Assembly (NCBI GenBank): GCA_965248355.1
Contig: OZ252098.1
Coordinates: 1,536,001-1,600,000, forward strand
DNA from: Candidatus Latescibacterota bacterium
GTDB lineage: Bacteria > Latescibacterota > UBA2968 > UBA8231
Direction of reading: 5' to 3'
DNA length: 64,000 nt
In this document: one piece after another, positions 48,402 to 58,068 of the stretch
How positions within the stretch are numbered: position 1 is the stretch's first letter
Layout: each line of letters opens with the position of its first letter
Position numbers and translations under genes: made by a program
Notes under the pieces: model-generated
Seen by the model: only the letters and a program-made list of their open reading frames with translations
What the model was told of the DNA's origin: nothing
The model's database searches: none

Positions 48402-51400
48402 ATGACGAGCCACTTGCGATTCAGCTTGTTCACCGCGTCGGTCCTCCTCCTTCTCGCGGGCGCCCTGCGAGGGCAAGAGGAGACGCAGCAGGGGCCGGAA
48501 CTGGTTGACCAGCTGCCGTCGCGCATTCTGCCGGACCAACCTTTCCTAGGCCGCTTCGGCGAGGCCCCCTACAGAAACTACGGGTTGGAGAACTACTCCC
48601 GCCGGCCTGAATTCACCAGCAATCTGGCATATCACTACAACACCATGGGTGATCCTCTCATATACGGCACCCGGGCGGTGAACTGGGTCGAGCGCCGCGG
48701 ACTTGGCGTGCAACGGGGGTATTCCGCCATAGGCGAGACCGGAGGTCACGGCGAGACGGGAAACGCCTACCAGCGTCTCTTCGATCACGTACTGATCGGC
48801 ACCGATGGCACGGACTCGTGGCAGGCCAAGTTCATCTACGGGGATGAAGTTCGCTCGTCGCTCACACCCCTGACGATGAAGCTGTCCAACATGAACGGTC
48901 TTCGCGTCGACGTGGGCACCGACAACGACAGTTTCTCGGCTTTGTTCTCAACCCTTCCCTGGTCCCGCAACTCGGCTCAGGGCGTCACCCCGGACGGCGG
49001 ACCCAGCGCCAGGGTCCCCACCATGATGCTCTCCGCCCACTACGAACGCAAGGTCGGCTTCCTCAACTTCGGAGGCACCTTCCTCAACGTGCACCAGTAC
49101 GAGCCGCTCATGTCAAGCGAGTTCGAAACCCTGCAGGGCGTGGCCGGAGCCGTTCAGACCGCGCCGGCCATGGTCGCACTCCGCATCCTGGACGACTCCC
49201 CACAGGATGGCAGGGGGGGACCGGTCTTGCACGATGTCAAGGTGTACGTAAACGGCGAGCCGCGCCCCGAGCTGGAGCCCTTTGTCGTCCACCTCCACAA
49301 ACGCGGTGACGAGCGGCAGATCTACGTGGCGCCCCTCCTGAACTCGGGGGAGCGCTTTGGCCTGCCACCGCGGCCCGAGGCCAACAATTACCAGACCGTC
49401 AATGCAGGCGGCCTGTTCAGCACCTATGAAGCCTACATAAACACGGCCCGCATCGATCCCCAGGTGTTCTACCGGGGCTACGAGTTTCCCTTCTTCATCG
49501 ACCACCTCCTCTATCGCGACTTCAAGCTCCACGGGCCCGACTACGTCGTGGATGCCGAGAACGACAGGACGGTGCACACCGAGTTCGCCCATGAGCTGGC
49601 CGAGCCCTCCGGGGACTTCCTCGGCTTGTACACCATGACAGATCTGCCCCAGGCCTTCGACGGTGAGACCTATGGTGTTCTCTACGTGGACCTCGAGTCC
49701 CTTCGCCAGTTCATCACCTCGGTGGAAATCGAGCTGACCCTGGCCAACGACTACCGCGTGGAGATGTCCCAGATCCCCATGGCCCGGTCGACCGAGCGTC
49801 CGCCGGTTGACAACCATTCCCAGCGCTACCGCTACGCTTCCTTTTTCCGCACCGTGGCCCGCGCCGGCGGCAATCCCCAGGACGGGGTCCCCAGGAAGGT
49901 CAGGATCAAGGTGGGAGCGCCCACGGGAATGCGGCTCACAAGCCTCAACGCCAACGGCGTATTCAAGGGTTTCCAGATCAATGCCGAACTCGCGGGGAGC
50001 AGCCAATACCATCAGTACATCAGCGGCCCTCCGGGACCGCGTCTGCCTCAGGATGCCCTTCCCATCAACGCCCTCGAGCGGGCCAAGAGGCCCGGAGCCC
50101 GGCACACCATAAGCGACCGGTCCTACTACGTTACCGTGCAGCGGGATTTCAAGCGCTGGGGATTGGGCGGCGAGTGGTTCTCCATGGGACCCCTCTACAC
50201 GACCGAATTCCGCAGCTTCATCGCCGCCGACGAGTTCAATCTCCAGGGCTTCCCGATCCCCTTCAACAACACCCTCATCCACCGGATGGTCGAAGACAAC
50301 GACGACAACGACCGCTACCCGGACAGCTGGTACGTCTTCTTCGACAAGAAGCAGGCCCAGACGGACATCGATGGGGTCTTCCCGGGACTGGATGCGGACA
50401 GCGACGGGATTCCGGACACCAACCGCAACCTGAACCAGGAGCCGGACTACCTGGAACCCTTCCTCATGTACGGCGCGGACCCCCAGGTCTTCGACTACGG
50501 CCTCGATCTCAACCACAACGACTACATCGACTCCCGGGAAAACGACTGGGAGGCGGATCTGCCGTACGATCCGGATCTGAAGGGTCTGCACCTGTACGGA
50601 AGCTACAAGCCGCTGCCGGGCCTGAAGCTGACGCTGGGTTCCATGGATGCCCAACAGAACGCGGGCGCCCTGCCCAGCGAGGTCCTCTACACCCGCCTGG
50701 GCTACGCTCGGAGCGTACCGACCATCGGGCGCTTCTTCAGCGAGCTCTCCGTGGAGCGGGTACGCGATGGCGTGGCGGATCCCTTGAGTGTGTACAGTGA
50801 CCGGGTGCTCACCGAGGCCGAACAGAACGAGATCTTCTCCATCAACCAGCGCAACCAGCAGATAGCCCCCTTCCGCGAGGAGATCCGCGAGGATCCGCTG
50901 AACTACAAGAACAGCACGTTCACGCGGCTCTTCACCGAGGCTCATTGGCATTTGGTGCCGCATCTCAACATGCACAACAAGGTCAAGGTAGAGGTCAACC
51001 ATCAGCACGGGGGAGAACTCTTCGACAAGTCCGAGCAGGAAGGGGACCGCCGGTCGCGGTGGACCATGGCCCACAAGATCGACTACGATTGGAAGATCCG
51101 GCCCCGCGTCAGCTTGTTCTGCGGGTTCAAGTTCCGCTACCACAAGGAGTGGCAGCGCAGCCAGGGGCTGCCCGCGGTGCACGAGCGGCACCTGATTCCC
51201 CTCATGAAGCTCGAGTATCGACTTACCGGGCGGACCCGCTTCCAATTCGGGGTTCAGGGGATCACTTCCAGGCTTCCTTACTCGGTAACCGACTTCGTCC
51301 GTCCCGAAGAGGACTTCCAGCAGCGCGACACCGTGTTCATGATGACGAATCTGTCCAGGTATTTCGGTTACATCATCTCCTCCAATGCCGGATTGCGGTT

Positions 51401-51500
51401 TCGACTGAAGGAGTTCAGCGATCCGGCTGTTGATCAGACCCGAAGTGAGCGCTTCACGGCCGTTTTCATCAACGCCATTCTGGGCTTCGAGGACGACTGA
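48402..51500 (+). CDS. Large secreted, putative outer-membrane beta-rich protein, paralog 3
   Basis: Same collinear motifs (LTPLTM..NGLRVD, VEDNDDNDRYPD, GVFPGLDADSDG, DLNHND); ends VFINAILGFEDD. Confidence 0.7.
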   Translation: MTSHLRFSLFTASVLLLLAGALRGQEETQQGPELVDQLPSRILPDQPFLGRFGEAPYRNYGLENYSRRPEFTSNLAYHYNTMGDPLIYGTRAVNWVERRGLGVQRGYSAIGETGGHGETGNAYQRLFDHVLIGTDGTDSWQAKFIYGDEVRSSLTPLTMKLSNMNGLRVDVGTDNDSFSALFSTLPWSRNSAQGVTPDGGPSARVPTMMLSAHYERKVGFLNFGGTFLNVHQYEPLMSSEFETLQGVAGAVQTAPAMVALRILDDSPQDGRGGPVLHDVKVYVNGEPRPELEPFVVHLHKRGDERQIYVAPLLNSGERFGLPPRPEANNYQTVNAGGLFSTYEAYINTARIDPQVFYRGYEFPFFIDHLLYRDFKLHGPDYVVDAENDRTVHTEFAHELAEPSGDFLGLYTMTDLPQAFDGETYGVLYVDLESLRQFITSVEIELTLANDYRVEMSQIPMARSTERPPVDNHSQRYRYASFFRTVARAGGNPQDGVPRKVRIKVGAPTGMRLTSLNANGVFKGFQINAELAGSSQYHQYISGPPGPRLPQDALPINALERAKRPGARHTISDRSYYVTVQRDFKRWGLGGEWFSMGPLYTTEFRSFIAADEFNLQGFPIPFNNTLIHRMVEDNDDNDRYPDSWYVFFDKKQAQTDIDGVFPGLDADSDGIPDTNRNLNQEPDYLEPFLMYGADPQVFDYGLDLNHNDYIDSRENDWEADLPYDPDLKGLHLYGSYKPLPGLKLTLGSMDAQQNAGALPSEVLYTRLGYARSVPTIGRFFSELSVERVRDGVADPLSVYSDRVLTEAEQNEIFSINQRNQQIAPFREEIREDPLNYKNSTFTRLFTEAHWHLVPHLNMHNKVKVEVNHQHGGELFDKSEQEGDRRSRWTMAHKIDYDWKIRPRVSLFCGFKFRYHKEWQRSQGLPAVHERHLIPLMKLEYRLTGRTRFQFGVQGITSRLPYSVTDFVRPEEDFQQRDTVFMMTNLSRYFGYIISSNAGLRFRLKEFSDPAVDQTRSERFTAVFINAILGFEDD

Positions 51501-51505
51501 GACCC

Positions 51506-54500
51506 ATGACCCTGTTCCTTGTAGTTACCGCGCTCACCCTGGGGGGGACCTTCTTTGCCTCTCGAGTGCCCAATGAAGGTGACATGGTCAACACCTTCCG
51601 GGAGGCCCAGCGATTCTATGCCGAGGGCGCCTACGATCAGGCCATCGCCCAGTATGAGGCCGTCTCGAAGATACGCAGCCGGGCCCTGCGTTCCGAGAGG
51701 ATCCAGGTAGCCGTGGGTCAGGGGGAGTTTCCCCTGCAGGAGGCTGCCGACTATCAGATCGGCAACTCCTACGCCAAGGTCTACGAAGACCACGCCAGGG
51801 GCGCGGAAGACGAGCGCCGCGGGAGCCGGCGCGCAGAACTCGAGACGAAAGCCGACAGCGCCTTTGCGGCTGCAGCGAGTGCCTTTCAGCGGGTTATCGC
51901 CGGCTCCACCAGCGAGGTGTTGAAGGTGCAGGCCTACGGAAGGCTCATCGACCTCAATTTCAAGGCCAGGAGGTACCCCGAGGTGATCGAGGCGGCCCGG
52001 GCCCTGAGCGCGACCTATCCCGAGGATCCGCGGGTCGTCGTGGGCTACTACAACACCGGGTGGGCCCTGTACAAGATGAAGGACTACGACGGGGCCATCG
52101 ACGCCTTCGAAGCACTCCTCGCCCGGTTCCCCACCGGTTATCGGGCGGACCGCAGCCTCTTCCAGATCGGCGAGTGCTACCTGGAAACGGGCCGGTACGA
52201 GCAGGCCATGGACGCCTACCGTCAGTTGATAGACCGCCAGCAGGTCCAGGATCTGACCGAGGTGGAACTGCGGCGGATACAGCGAGAGAAGATCGCCGGT
52301 CTCGTGGATGAGACCGCCCTGGAGCTGGCGGCCAAGGCACAGATTCGCATCGGCACCTGCTATGCGCGGCTGGGCCGCTATGAGGAGGGGTTGAGCGCCT
52401 ATCGGCAGGTGATCACTCTCTTCGGCTCGGAGCGGAACCTGGTTGAGGAGGCTTACCTGCGCATGGCAGACCTTCACCAGGAGACGGGCGACTTCGATGC
52501 CAGCATCCGCACCTATCGGGAGGCTATCGATCAGTCCGCCCACCGCACGCTGAGGGCCCGAATTCAGTACGCGCTGGCAGAGAGCTATTTCTCGCGGGCG
52601 AGGTATGACGCTGCGGTCCGGGAGTATCGAGTCTACCTCGATGGGTATGGCGATATCGCACTGGCGGCCGGTTTCACCCAGGGACGCGTTCGCTATCGCA
52701 TCGGGAGCGCCTACCAGCAACTGGCCGACAGCGCGGAGGGCCAGGACAGGCCGGCGGTGGACGACTGGTTGAAGCGGGCCATCGCCCAGTACGACACGCT
52801 GTGCTCGGACGAGACCTCGCCCTACTTCCTGGACGCGCGCTTCAACCGGGCCCTGGCCTTCCAGTCTCTTGGCACGGACAGCTCCCTGGCCTTGGCAGAG
52901 GAGAAGTTCGGAGCGATCGTCCAGGAAGCGGTAGACCAGGGCTACGTCCAGCGCGCCCTGGTGCAACTGAGTGAGCTCCACTATGAGCGAGGCCAATACG
53001 ACCAGGCGGCGCGGACCTCGCAGAAGCTCCTGGATGCCTGGCCCGACAGCGACTACAAGGACAAGGCGTACATGCGCCTCGCCCTCTCGCACCAGGCCGC
53101 GGGCGATCCCGAGCGCGCCCTCCCCGCCTTTCTGGAGGTGCCCGAGAGCTCTCCCCTCTTCGCCCGCGCGCGCCTCGGTGGAGGACACGGTCTGCTGAAC
53201 GCGGGCCGATTCTCCGAGGCCGCCCGGGTCCTGGCGGAGGGTTTGTCGAGGGTAGATGACGACGTGCAGCGAAGCAGTTTCAACTACCTCCTCGGTCAGG
53301 CTTACGGCGGGCTGGGAGAGAACTCCAGGGCTGTAACCCACTTCTCCGCGGCCCTCGAGTATCCGGTGGCGCCGGAACTGGCCCAGGCCCTGCGTTTCAG
53401 CCGCGGCAATGCCGCTTTCTCCATAGAAGCGTATGACCTTGCCGAGAAGGACTTCGCCTGGATCGTGGACCACGTGCACGACCAGGAGAAAATCCGGTCC
53501 GCCAAGGACGCTCTGGCCCTGATCTATGTGAGGCAGAACCGCGGGACCGAAGCCGTGCGGACCCTGGGCGACATGGCCGCCGAAGCCACGAGTCCCGAAG
53601 AGCGAGCCCATCTCCTGAGTCGCCTGATGGACTTGCACTACCAGGAGAACAACCACACGGAGACGATCGCCCTGAGCCGGCGGTTGATCGACCTCGACTT
53701 CGCAGATGAGTTGAGCCCGGGTCAGGCCTACCGGCGCAAAGAGAAGGCCTACTTCCTCATGGGCGATGCGCTGGCGCGGCTCGACCGCAGCGCCGAAGCC
53801 GCCGAGGTCTTCACCACGGCCCTGCAACGCTTCCCCGAGTCCTACTTCGCCACGGATATGCGGCTGGCGCTAGGTGTCCACTATTTCGAGCAGGGCGAGC
53901 TCGAGCGGGCCAAGGGGGTCTTCGTCGACCTCGTCAAAGCCGACTCCCGCCCCGACCACCGGCTCATGGCGGGCTTCTATCTGGCCAATACCCAATACAG
54001 CTTGAGGGAGTTCGACCGGGCCCGGACCTCCTTCGACCAATTGCTGCGGGACTACCCGGAGGCGCAGGCCCTGCCGGATCTCCTCTTCGGCCTCGCGGAG
54101 AGCCATTACCAGCTGGGAGACTTCGAGGCGGCCATCCACCACTACCAGCGCATTCTCGCGGAATTCCCTCGGGATGCCACGGCCGCTCGTTCGCTGTACA
54201 ACACGGCCTGGTGTCTCATCGAACTCAAGAGGCAGGACGAGGCGATGGAGGCCTTTCGCACCCTCCTCGAACGGTATCCGCGAAGTGAGTTCGCGTCCTC
54301 GGCCCAGTTCACGCTGGCCGACGATGCCTACAACCGCGGGTTCCATGAAGAGGCCATGAGGACCTACCGCCTCGTTCAGGAGCGATTCCCCGGAGATCCC
54401 CTGGCGGCCCAGGTGCCGCGCCTTCTCTCCGAGATCACCGAGGCCATCGCGTACAAGCACTACGAGCAGGCTCTCGCGTTGATGAATTCGGCCAGGACGG

Positions 54501-54763
54501 CCGAAGAGGAGACCCGGCGGAAGGAATACTTCGAGCAGGCCATAAGCTCGTTCCAGGAGATCAGCGCCCGCTATCCCGGCACGGAGAGCGAACTGGGTGC
54601 GCTGAGCAATATGGGAGTCTGCCTGGAAGAACTGCGGCAATGGCGCGAGGCCGTGGCGGTGTACGATCAGGTGATCGAGATGTACAATGAAAAGCGGGCG
54701 AGCAAGGAAGTCTTCCAGTTCGTCAAGGCCCACAAGGACTGGATCGTCACAACGAGGCTGTGA
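51506..54763 (+). CDS. Giant tetratricopeptide-repeat protein (BamD/CpoB-like repeats), N-terminal signal or anchor
   Basis: Many repeats of the type Y..A...F..L...[FY]P.....A.[YF]..G over 1085 aa. Confidence 0.9.
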   Translation: MTLFLVVTALTLGGTFFASRVPNEGDMVNTFREAQRFYAEGAYDQAIAQYEAVSKIRSRALRSERIQVAVGQGEFPLQEAADYQIGNSYAKVYEDHARGAEDERRGSRRAELETKADSAFAAAASAFQRVIAGSTSEVLKVQAYGRLIDLNFKARRYPEVIEAARALSATYPEDPRVVVGYYNTGWALYKMKDYDGAIDAFEALLARFPTGYRADRSLFQIGECYLETGRYEQAMDAYRQLIDRQQVQDLTEVELRRIQREKIAGLVDETALELAAKAQIRIGTCYARLGRYEEGLSAYRQVITLFGSERNLVEEAYLRMADLHQETGDFDASIRTYREAIDQSAHRTLRARIQYALAESYFSRARYDAAVREYRVYLDGYGDIALAAGFTQGRVRYRIGSAYQQLADSAEGQDRPAVDDWLKRAIAQYDTLCSDETSPYFLDARFNRALAFQSLGTDSSLALAEEKFGAIVQEAVDQGYVQRALVQLSELHYERGQYDQAARTSQKLLDAWPDSDYKDKAYMRLALSHQAAGDPERALPAFLEVPESSPLFARARLGGGHGLLNAGRFSEAARVLAEGLSRVDDDVQRSSFNYLLGQAYGGLGENSRAVTHFSAALEYPVAPELAQALRFSRGNAAFSIEAYDLAEKDFAWIVDHVHDQEKIRSAKDALALIYVRQNRGTEAVRTLGDMAAEATSPEERAHLLSRLMDLHYQENNHTETIALSRRLIDLDFADELSPGQAYRRKEKAYFLMGDALARLDRSAEAAEVFTTALQRFPESYFATDMRLALGVHYFEQGELERAKGVFVDLVKADSRPDHRLMAGFYLANTQYSLREFDRARTSFDQLLRDYPEAQALPDLLFGLAESHYQLGDFEAAIHHYQRILAEFPRDATAARSLYNTAWCLIELKRQDEAMEAFRTLLERYPRSEFASSAQFTLADDAYNRGFHEEAMRTYRLVQERFPGDPLAAQVPRLLSEITEAIAYKHYEQALALMNSARTAEEETRRKEYFEQAISSFQEISARYPGTESELGALSNMGVCLEELRQWREAVAVYDQVIEMYNEKRASKEVFQFVKAHKDWIVTTRL

Positions 54764-54770
54764 GTAGAGA

Positions 54771-56009
54771 ATGAACTCCAGGCCCGATCGTTTCAGCTCT
54801 GCCAGCGACGGCATCGACCGGCGCAGATTGCTGGCCGAGACCCGGGGGCTAGTGGCCGTCGGTCTGTTGATCAGCATGGGGCTTCTGGGGGGGGCTTTCC
54901 TCTACTTCATAGCAGTGCCCAAGGAGAGGAAGGCCCCGCCGCCGCCGATCGCCGAGCTCGTCATCCGCAAACCCAGGGCCTCGAAGCCGTTCCAACTCAA
55001 GCGCCAGCGCCTGGCGCCGCGAGCCCTGATCAGAAGAGTGAGCGCCCTGAAGCCCCGCCTGGCCATGGCCGCGCCACGCCTCAGCGGTGCGTCCATGTTC
55101 GGACGGATTGAGACCTTCGACTACGCCGTCGAGACCGATGTTCAGATCAACCTCCAGACCGGCCCCGTCGAGTTCTCCGCGGCCCGGGTCACCGGTACGA
55201 AGGAGCCGGAGAAGCGCATCGCCATGCACGAGGAACTGCTCGACCTGGATGCGCTCGATACCGGGAAATACAAGGGGCTCATCATTCAGGATCCGACGGA
55301 CCGTCGCAAGGTCAAGGGGTTCGTCTACCTCGGTACGGCGTGGGCCACCGATCTGGAGCCGATCTTCGACAGCGCCGCCAAGGCGATTCCCAATCTCGTC
55401 GATGCGGTCAATGCCCTGACCGGCATCACCGCAAAGGTGGATGAGCACCTGTTCGTCGATTCCCAGGAGCTCTTTCGGACACCCTTCGTCTACATCACCG
55501 CGCAGGAAGCCTTCGAACTGACGGATCGGGAGAAGACCAACCTCGAGAAATACATGCGCCAGGGAGGGTTCGTCTTTGCCGACAACGCCAACGCCGTCGT
55601 CGAATTCAGTCAGGCCGAGGCATCCCTGCGTCAGATTTTCCGAGACGCCCTGGGCTCACAAGGTCAATTCCGGCCCATACCCAACACCCATCCCCTGTAC
55701 CACACATTCTACGATTTTGACGGCCCTCCGGTCGGATCGGAGCTGGATGTCCCCTCCGACCAGGAGCAGTGGTCCATCTCCTACCGCATCGTCGCTCAGC
55801 ACTCCTATCACCTTGAAGGCGTGTTCCTGGGTGACCGTCTCGTTGCTCTCTACTCGGACAAGGGATACGTCCACAAGTGGGCGGAGAACTACGGCAACGA
55901 GCCGCAGTTGCGCTTCGGCATCAACGTGGTCGTCTTCGCTCTGACCCAGGAAGGCTCGATCGCGCAGCAGCAGATCGACTATTTCAGTGAAGGCGGTGGA
56001 GAACAGTGA
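54771..56009 (+). CDS. Membrane-anchored DUF4159 domain protein with Pro/Lys/Arg-rich linker
   Basis: N-terminal TM, KAPPPP..RKPRASKPF linker; C-terminal PFVYIT..NLEKYMRQGGFVFADN..HPLYHTFYDF..G.NVVVFALT fits DUF4159. Confidence 0.78.
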   Translation: MNSRPDRFSSASDGIDRRRLLAETRGLVAVGLLISMGLLGGAFLYFIAVPKERKAPPPPIAELVIRKPRASKPFQLKRQRLAPRALIRRVSALKPRLAMAAPRLSGASMFGRIETFDYAVETDVQINLQTGPVEFSAARVTGTKEPEKRIAMHEELLDLDALDTGKYKGLIIQDPTDRRKVKGFVYLGTAWATDLEPIFDSAAKAIPNLVDAVNALTGITAKVDEHLFVDSQELFRTPFVYITAQEAFELTDREKTNLEKYMRQGGFVFADNANAVVEFSQAEASLRQIFRDALGSQGQFRPIPNTHPLYHTFYDFDGPPVGSELDVPSDQEQWSISYRIVAQHSYHLEGVFLGDRLVALYSDKGYVHKWAENYGNEPQLRFGINVVVFALTQEGSIAQQQIDYFSEGGGEQ

Positions 56010-56088
56010 ACCTGTCACGCCGTCTCCGCGGATCGCCGCATCATCGAGGCCCCGATAGAACATCCTCTGCCGAAAAGGAGTAGCCGGA

Positions 56089-56826
56089 ATGTGGGAGATC
56101 ATAAAGAGCGGCGGCCCTCTCATGGTGCCCCTGGTCGGATGCGCCGTGTTGTCCCTCGCCTTCATCATCGAGCGCTTGTGGGTGTTCAGCCGCCTGCCCG
56201 GCCGCACCCAGGCCCAGGAGGACCTGCAACGGTTCGAGTCCGCACTCGTCCGTGGAGGTGAGGACGCCGTGGTGGAGGAGTGCAACCAGGGGAAGGGGGT
56301 GCTCAACTACGTCTTTGCCTCCCTGTTGACGCGTCACAATACCCTCATGCTGGAGCAACGGGAATTCCAGGAGACGCACGAGGAGATCATCCAGCTTTCC
56401 GAGGCCGGCGGCGGCGGGCCGATGGGGCGTTTCATCGAGATGCGGCAGGAATTGGCCGACTTGAAGGAAGAGCTCGTGATCGAGACCGAAAAGGCCTCGC
56501 GGCTGTACCTGGGAAAGCACCTGCCTGTCTTGAGGATGATAGGGAACATCAGTCCCCTGTTGGGGTTGCTGGGGACGATCCTCGGAATGATCGTTGCGTT
56601 CGAGTCCATCGCCGCGGCCGGTACCGGAGACCCGAAGGTGGTGGCCGACGGGATCTCCCAAGCCCTGGTCACGACGGCGAGCGGGTTGATCGTCGCGATC
56701 CCCACGATCGTGGCCTACGGGTACCTGGCGCGCAGGGCCGAGTTGTTCCTTGACCAGGTCGAGGTCTTCGGTCACGCCTTTTCGAGCACCCTGATCAGTG
56801 CCGGGCAGCGAAAGAAGAAGGACTAG
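56089..56826 (+). CDS. MotA/TolQ/ExbB proton channel protein
   Basis: GGPLM..ER, SPLLGLLGTILGMI, GISQALVTTASGL.VAIP. Confidence 0.95.
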   Translation: MWEIIKSGGPLMVPLVGCAVLSLAFIIERLWVFSRLPGRTQAQEDLQRFESALVRGGEDAVVEECNQGKGVLNYVFASLLTRHNTLMLEQREFQETHEEIIQLSEAGGGGPMGRFIEMRQELADLKEELVIETEKASRLYLGKHLPVLRMIGNISPLLGLLGTILGMIVAFESIAAAGTGDPKVVADGISQALVTTASGLIVAIPTIVAYGYLARRAELFLDQVEVFGHAFSSTLISAGQRKKKD

Positions 56827-56898
56827 TCCTTCATCCTGGGAGTGCAGGAGAGTCACCACGGATCCGGGAGTGGAGCGCCTCTCCCTCCACCACGCGCG

Positions 56899-58068
56899 AT
56901 GCGAAGCATGGCGGCCTGCATCCTCCGGCAAGCCCTCCTTCCGGCCCTGCTGCCGGCGCTCGCCGCCGCGGCGGCGGCCGGCGCCGGCAGCGCCGACTGG
57001 CCCTCCTTCCGGGGCGGCCCCGGACTGACGGGACAGGCCGGGGCGCCGCTGCGCGAGCCCCTGCGCCTGGCCTGGTCCCTCGACACGTCGGCCTCGGCCG
57101 ACTCCGGCCGCTACGGCGGCATCGAGTCCACGGCGGCCGTCATCGGCGAGACCGCCTACGTGGGCACCCTCGACGGGCGGCTGCTGGCGGTGAGTCTGAC
57201 GGAGGGCGGCATCCTGTGGAGCTACGACGCCGTGGCCGAGATCAAGTCCTCGCCCGCGGTGGCCGGCGGGGTGGTCTACGTGGGTGACGAGGACGGCTTC
57301 CTGCACGCCGTGGACGCCGCCTCGGGCGCCCGCCGCTGGCGCTTCACCGCCGGGGGGGCGATGACGGCCCCGCCCACGGTGGCCGGGGGCCGCGTGCTGG
57401 CGGGCAGCTACGACAACTCCCTCTACTGCCTGTCGGCGTCCGACGGCCGCCTCCTGTGGCGCGCGGCCACGGGCGGGTTCGTGCACGGCGCCGCGGCCGT
57501 GGCCGGGACCACGGCGGTCAGCGCCGGCTGTGACGGGATCCTGCGGCGCCTGGACCTCCAGAGCGGCCAGGAGCTGGCCTCCGTCGATCTGGCCACCTAT
57601 GCGGCCGCCAGCTGCGCCGTGGCCGGAGGGCGCGCCTACCTGGGCACCTTCGGCGACGAGGTTCTCGCCGTCGACCTGGAGAGCGCCCGGGTGGTGTGGC
57701 GCTACCGGCCCGCCGGGGGCCGCTTTCCCTTCTACGCCTCGGCGGCCGTGGCCGGGGACCGCGTCATCGCCGGGGGCCGCGACAGCCGGGTGCACGCCCT
57801 CGACGCCGATACCGGGGAGGCCCTGTGGATCTTCGCCGCCGGCGCCCGCGTCGACGCCTCCCCCGTGGTCGCCGGCGAGCGGGTCTACGCCGCGTCCATG
57901 CGGGGCGTCCTGCACGGGCTGGACCTTGCCACGGGCGCCGAGATGTGGACCTTCGAGGGGGCCTCCGCCTTCGCCGCCTCCCCCGCCGTGGCCTCCGGCC
58001 GGCTGGTGATCGGCGACACCGACGGCGTGCTCCACTGCTTCGCCGCCGCGCCCATGGAGACGGAATGA
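56899..58068 (+). CDS. Secreted PQQ-like (BamB-like) beta-propeller protein
   Basis: ATG 56899 or 56908, signal peptide, DWPSFRGG, eight SSPAV..G.VY.G..DG-type repeats. Confidence 0.88.
   Translation: MRSMAACILRQALLPALLPALAAAAAAGAGSADWPSFRGGPGLTGQAGAPLREPLRLAWSLDTSASADSGRYGGIESTAAVIGETAYVGTLDGRLLAVSLTEGGILWSYDAVAEIKSSPAVAGGVVYVGDEDGFLHAVDAASGARRWRFTAGGAMTAPPTVAGGRVLAGSYDNSLYCLSASDGRLLWRAATGGFVHGAAAVAGTTAVSAGCDGILRRLDLQSGQELASVDLATYAAASCAVAGGRAYLGTFGDEVLAVDLESARVVWRYRPAGGRFPFYASAAVAGDRVIAGGRDSRVHALDADTGEALWIFAAGARVDASPVVAGERVYAASMRGVLHGLDLATGAEMWTFEGASAFAASPAVASGRLVIGDTDGVLHCFAAAPMETE

Larger units (their letters stand above)
31954..56880. other. ~25 kb insert of visibly lower GC interrupting a gene cluster (putative genomic island, no mobility genes seen)
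   Basis: Abrupt increase in A/T-ending codons right after the Fe-ADH stop and return to very high GC at ~56.9 kb (judged by eye). Both flanks carry same-strand PQQ-propeller and biosynthetic genes. Confidence 0.6.

Noticed and set aside
42916..51500. Classical TonB-dependent receptors (SusC-like)
   Set aside because: No recognisable TonB box or plug motif, and no SusD-like lipoprotein; the barrel nature itself is only inferred.
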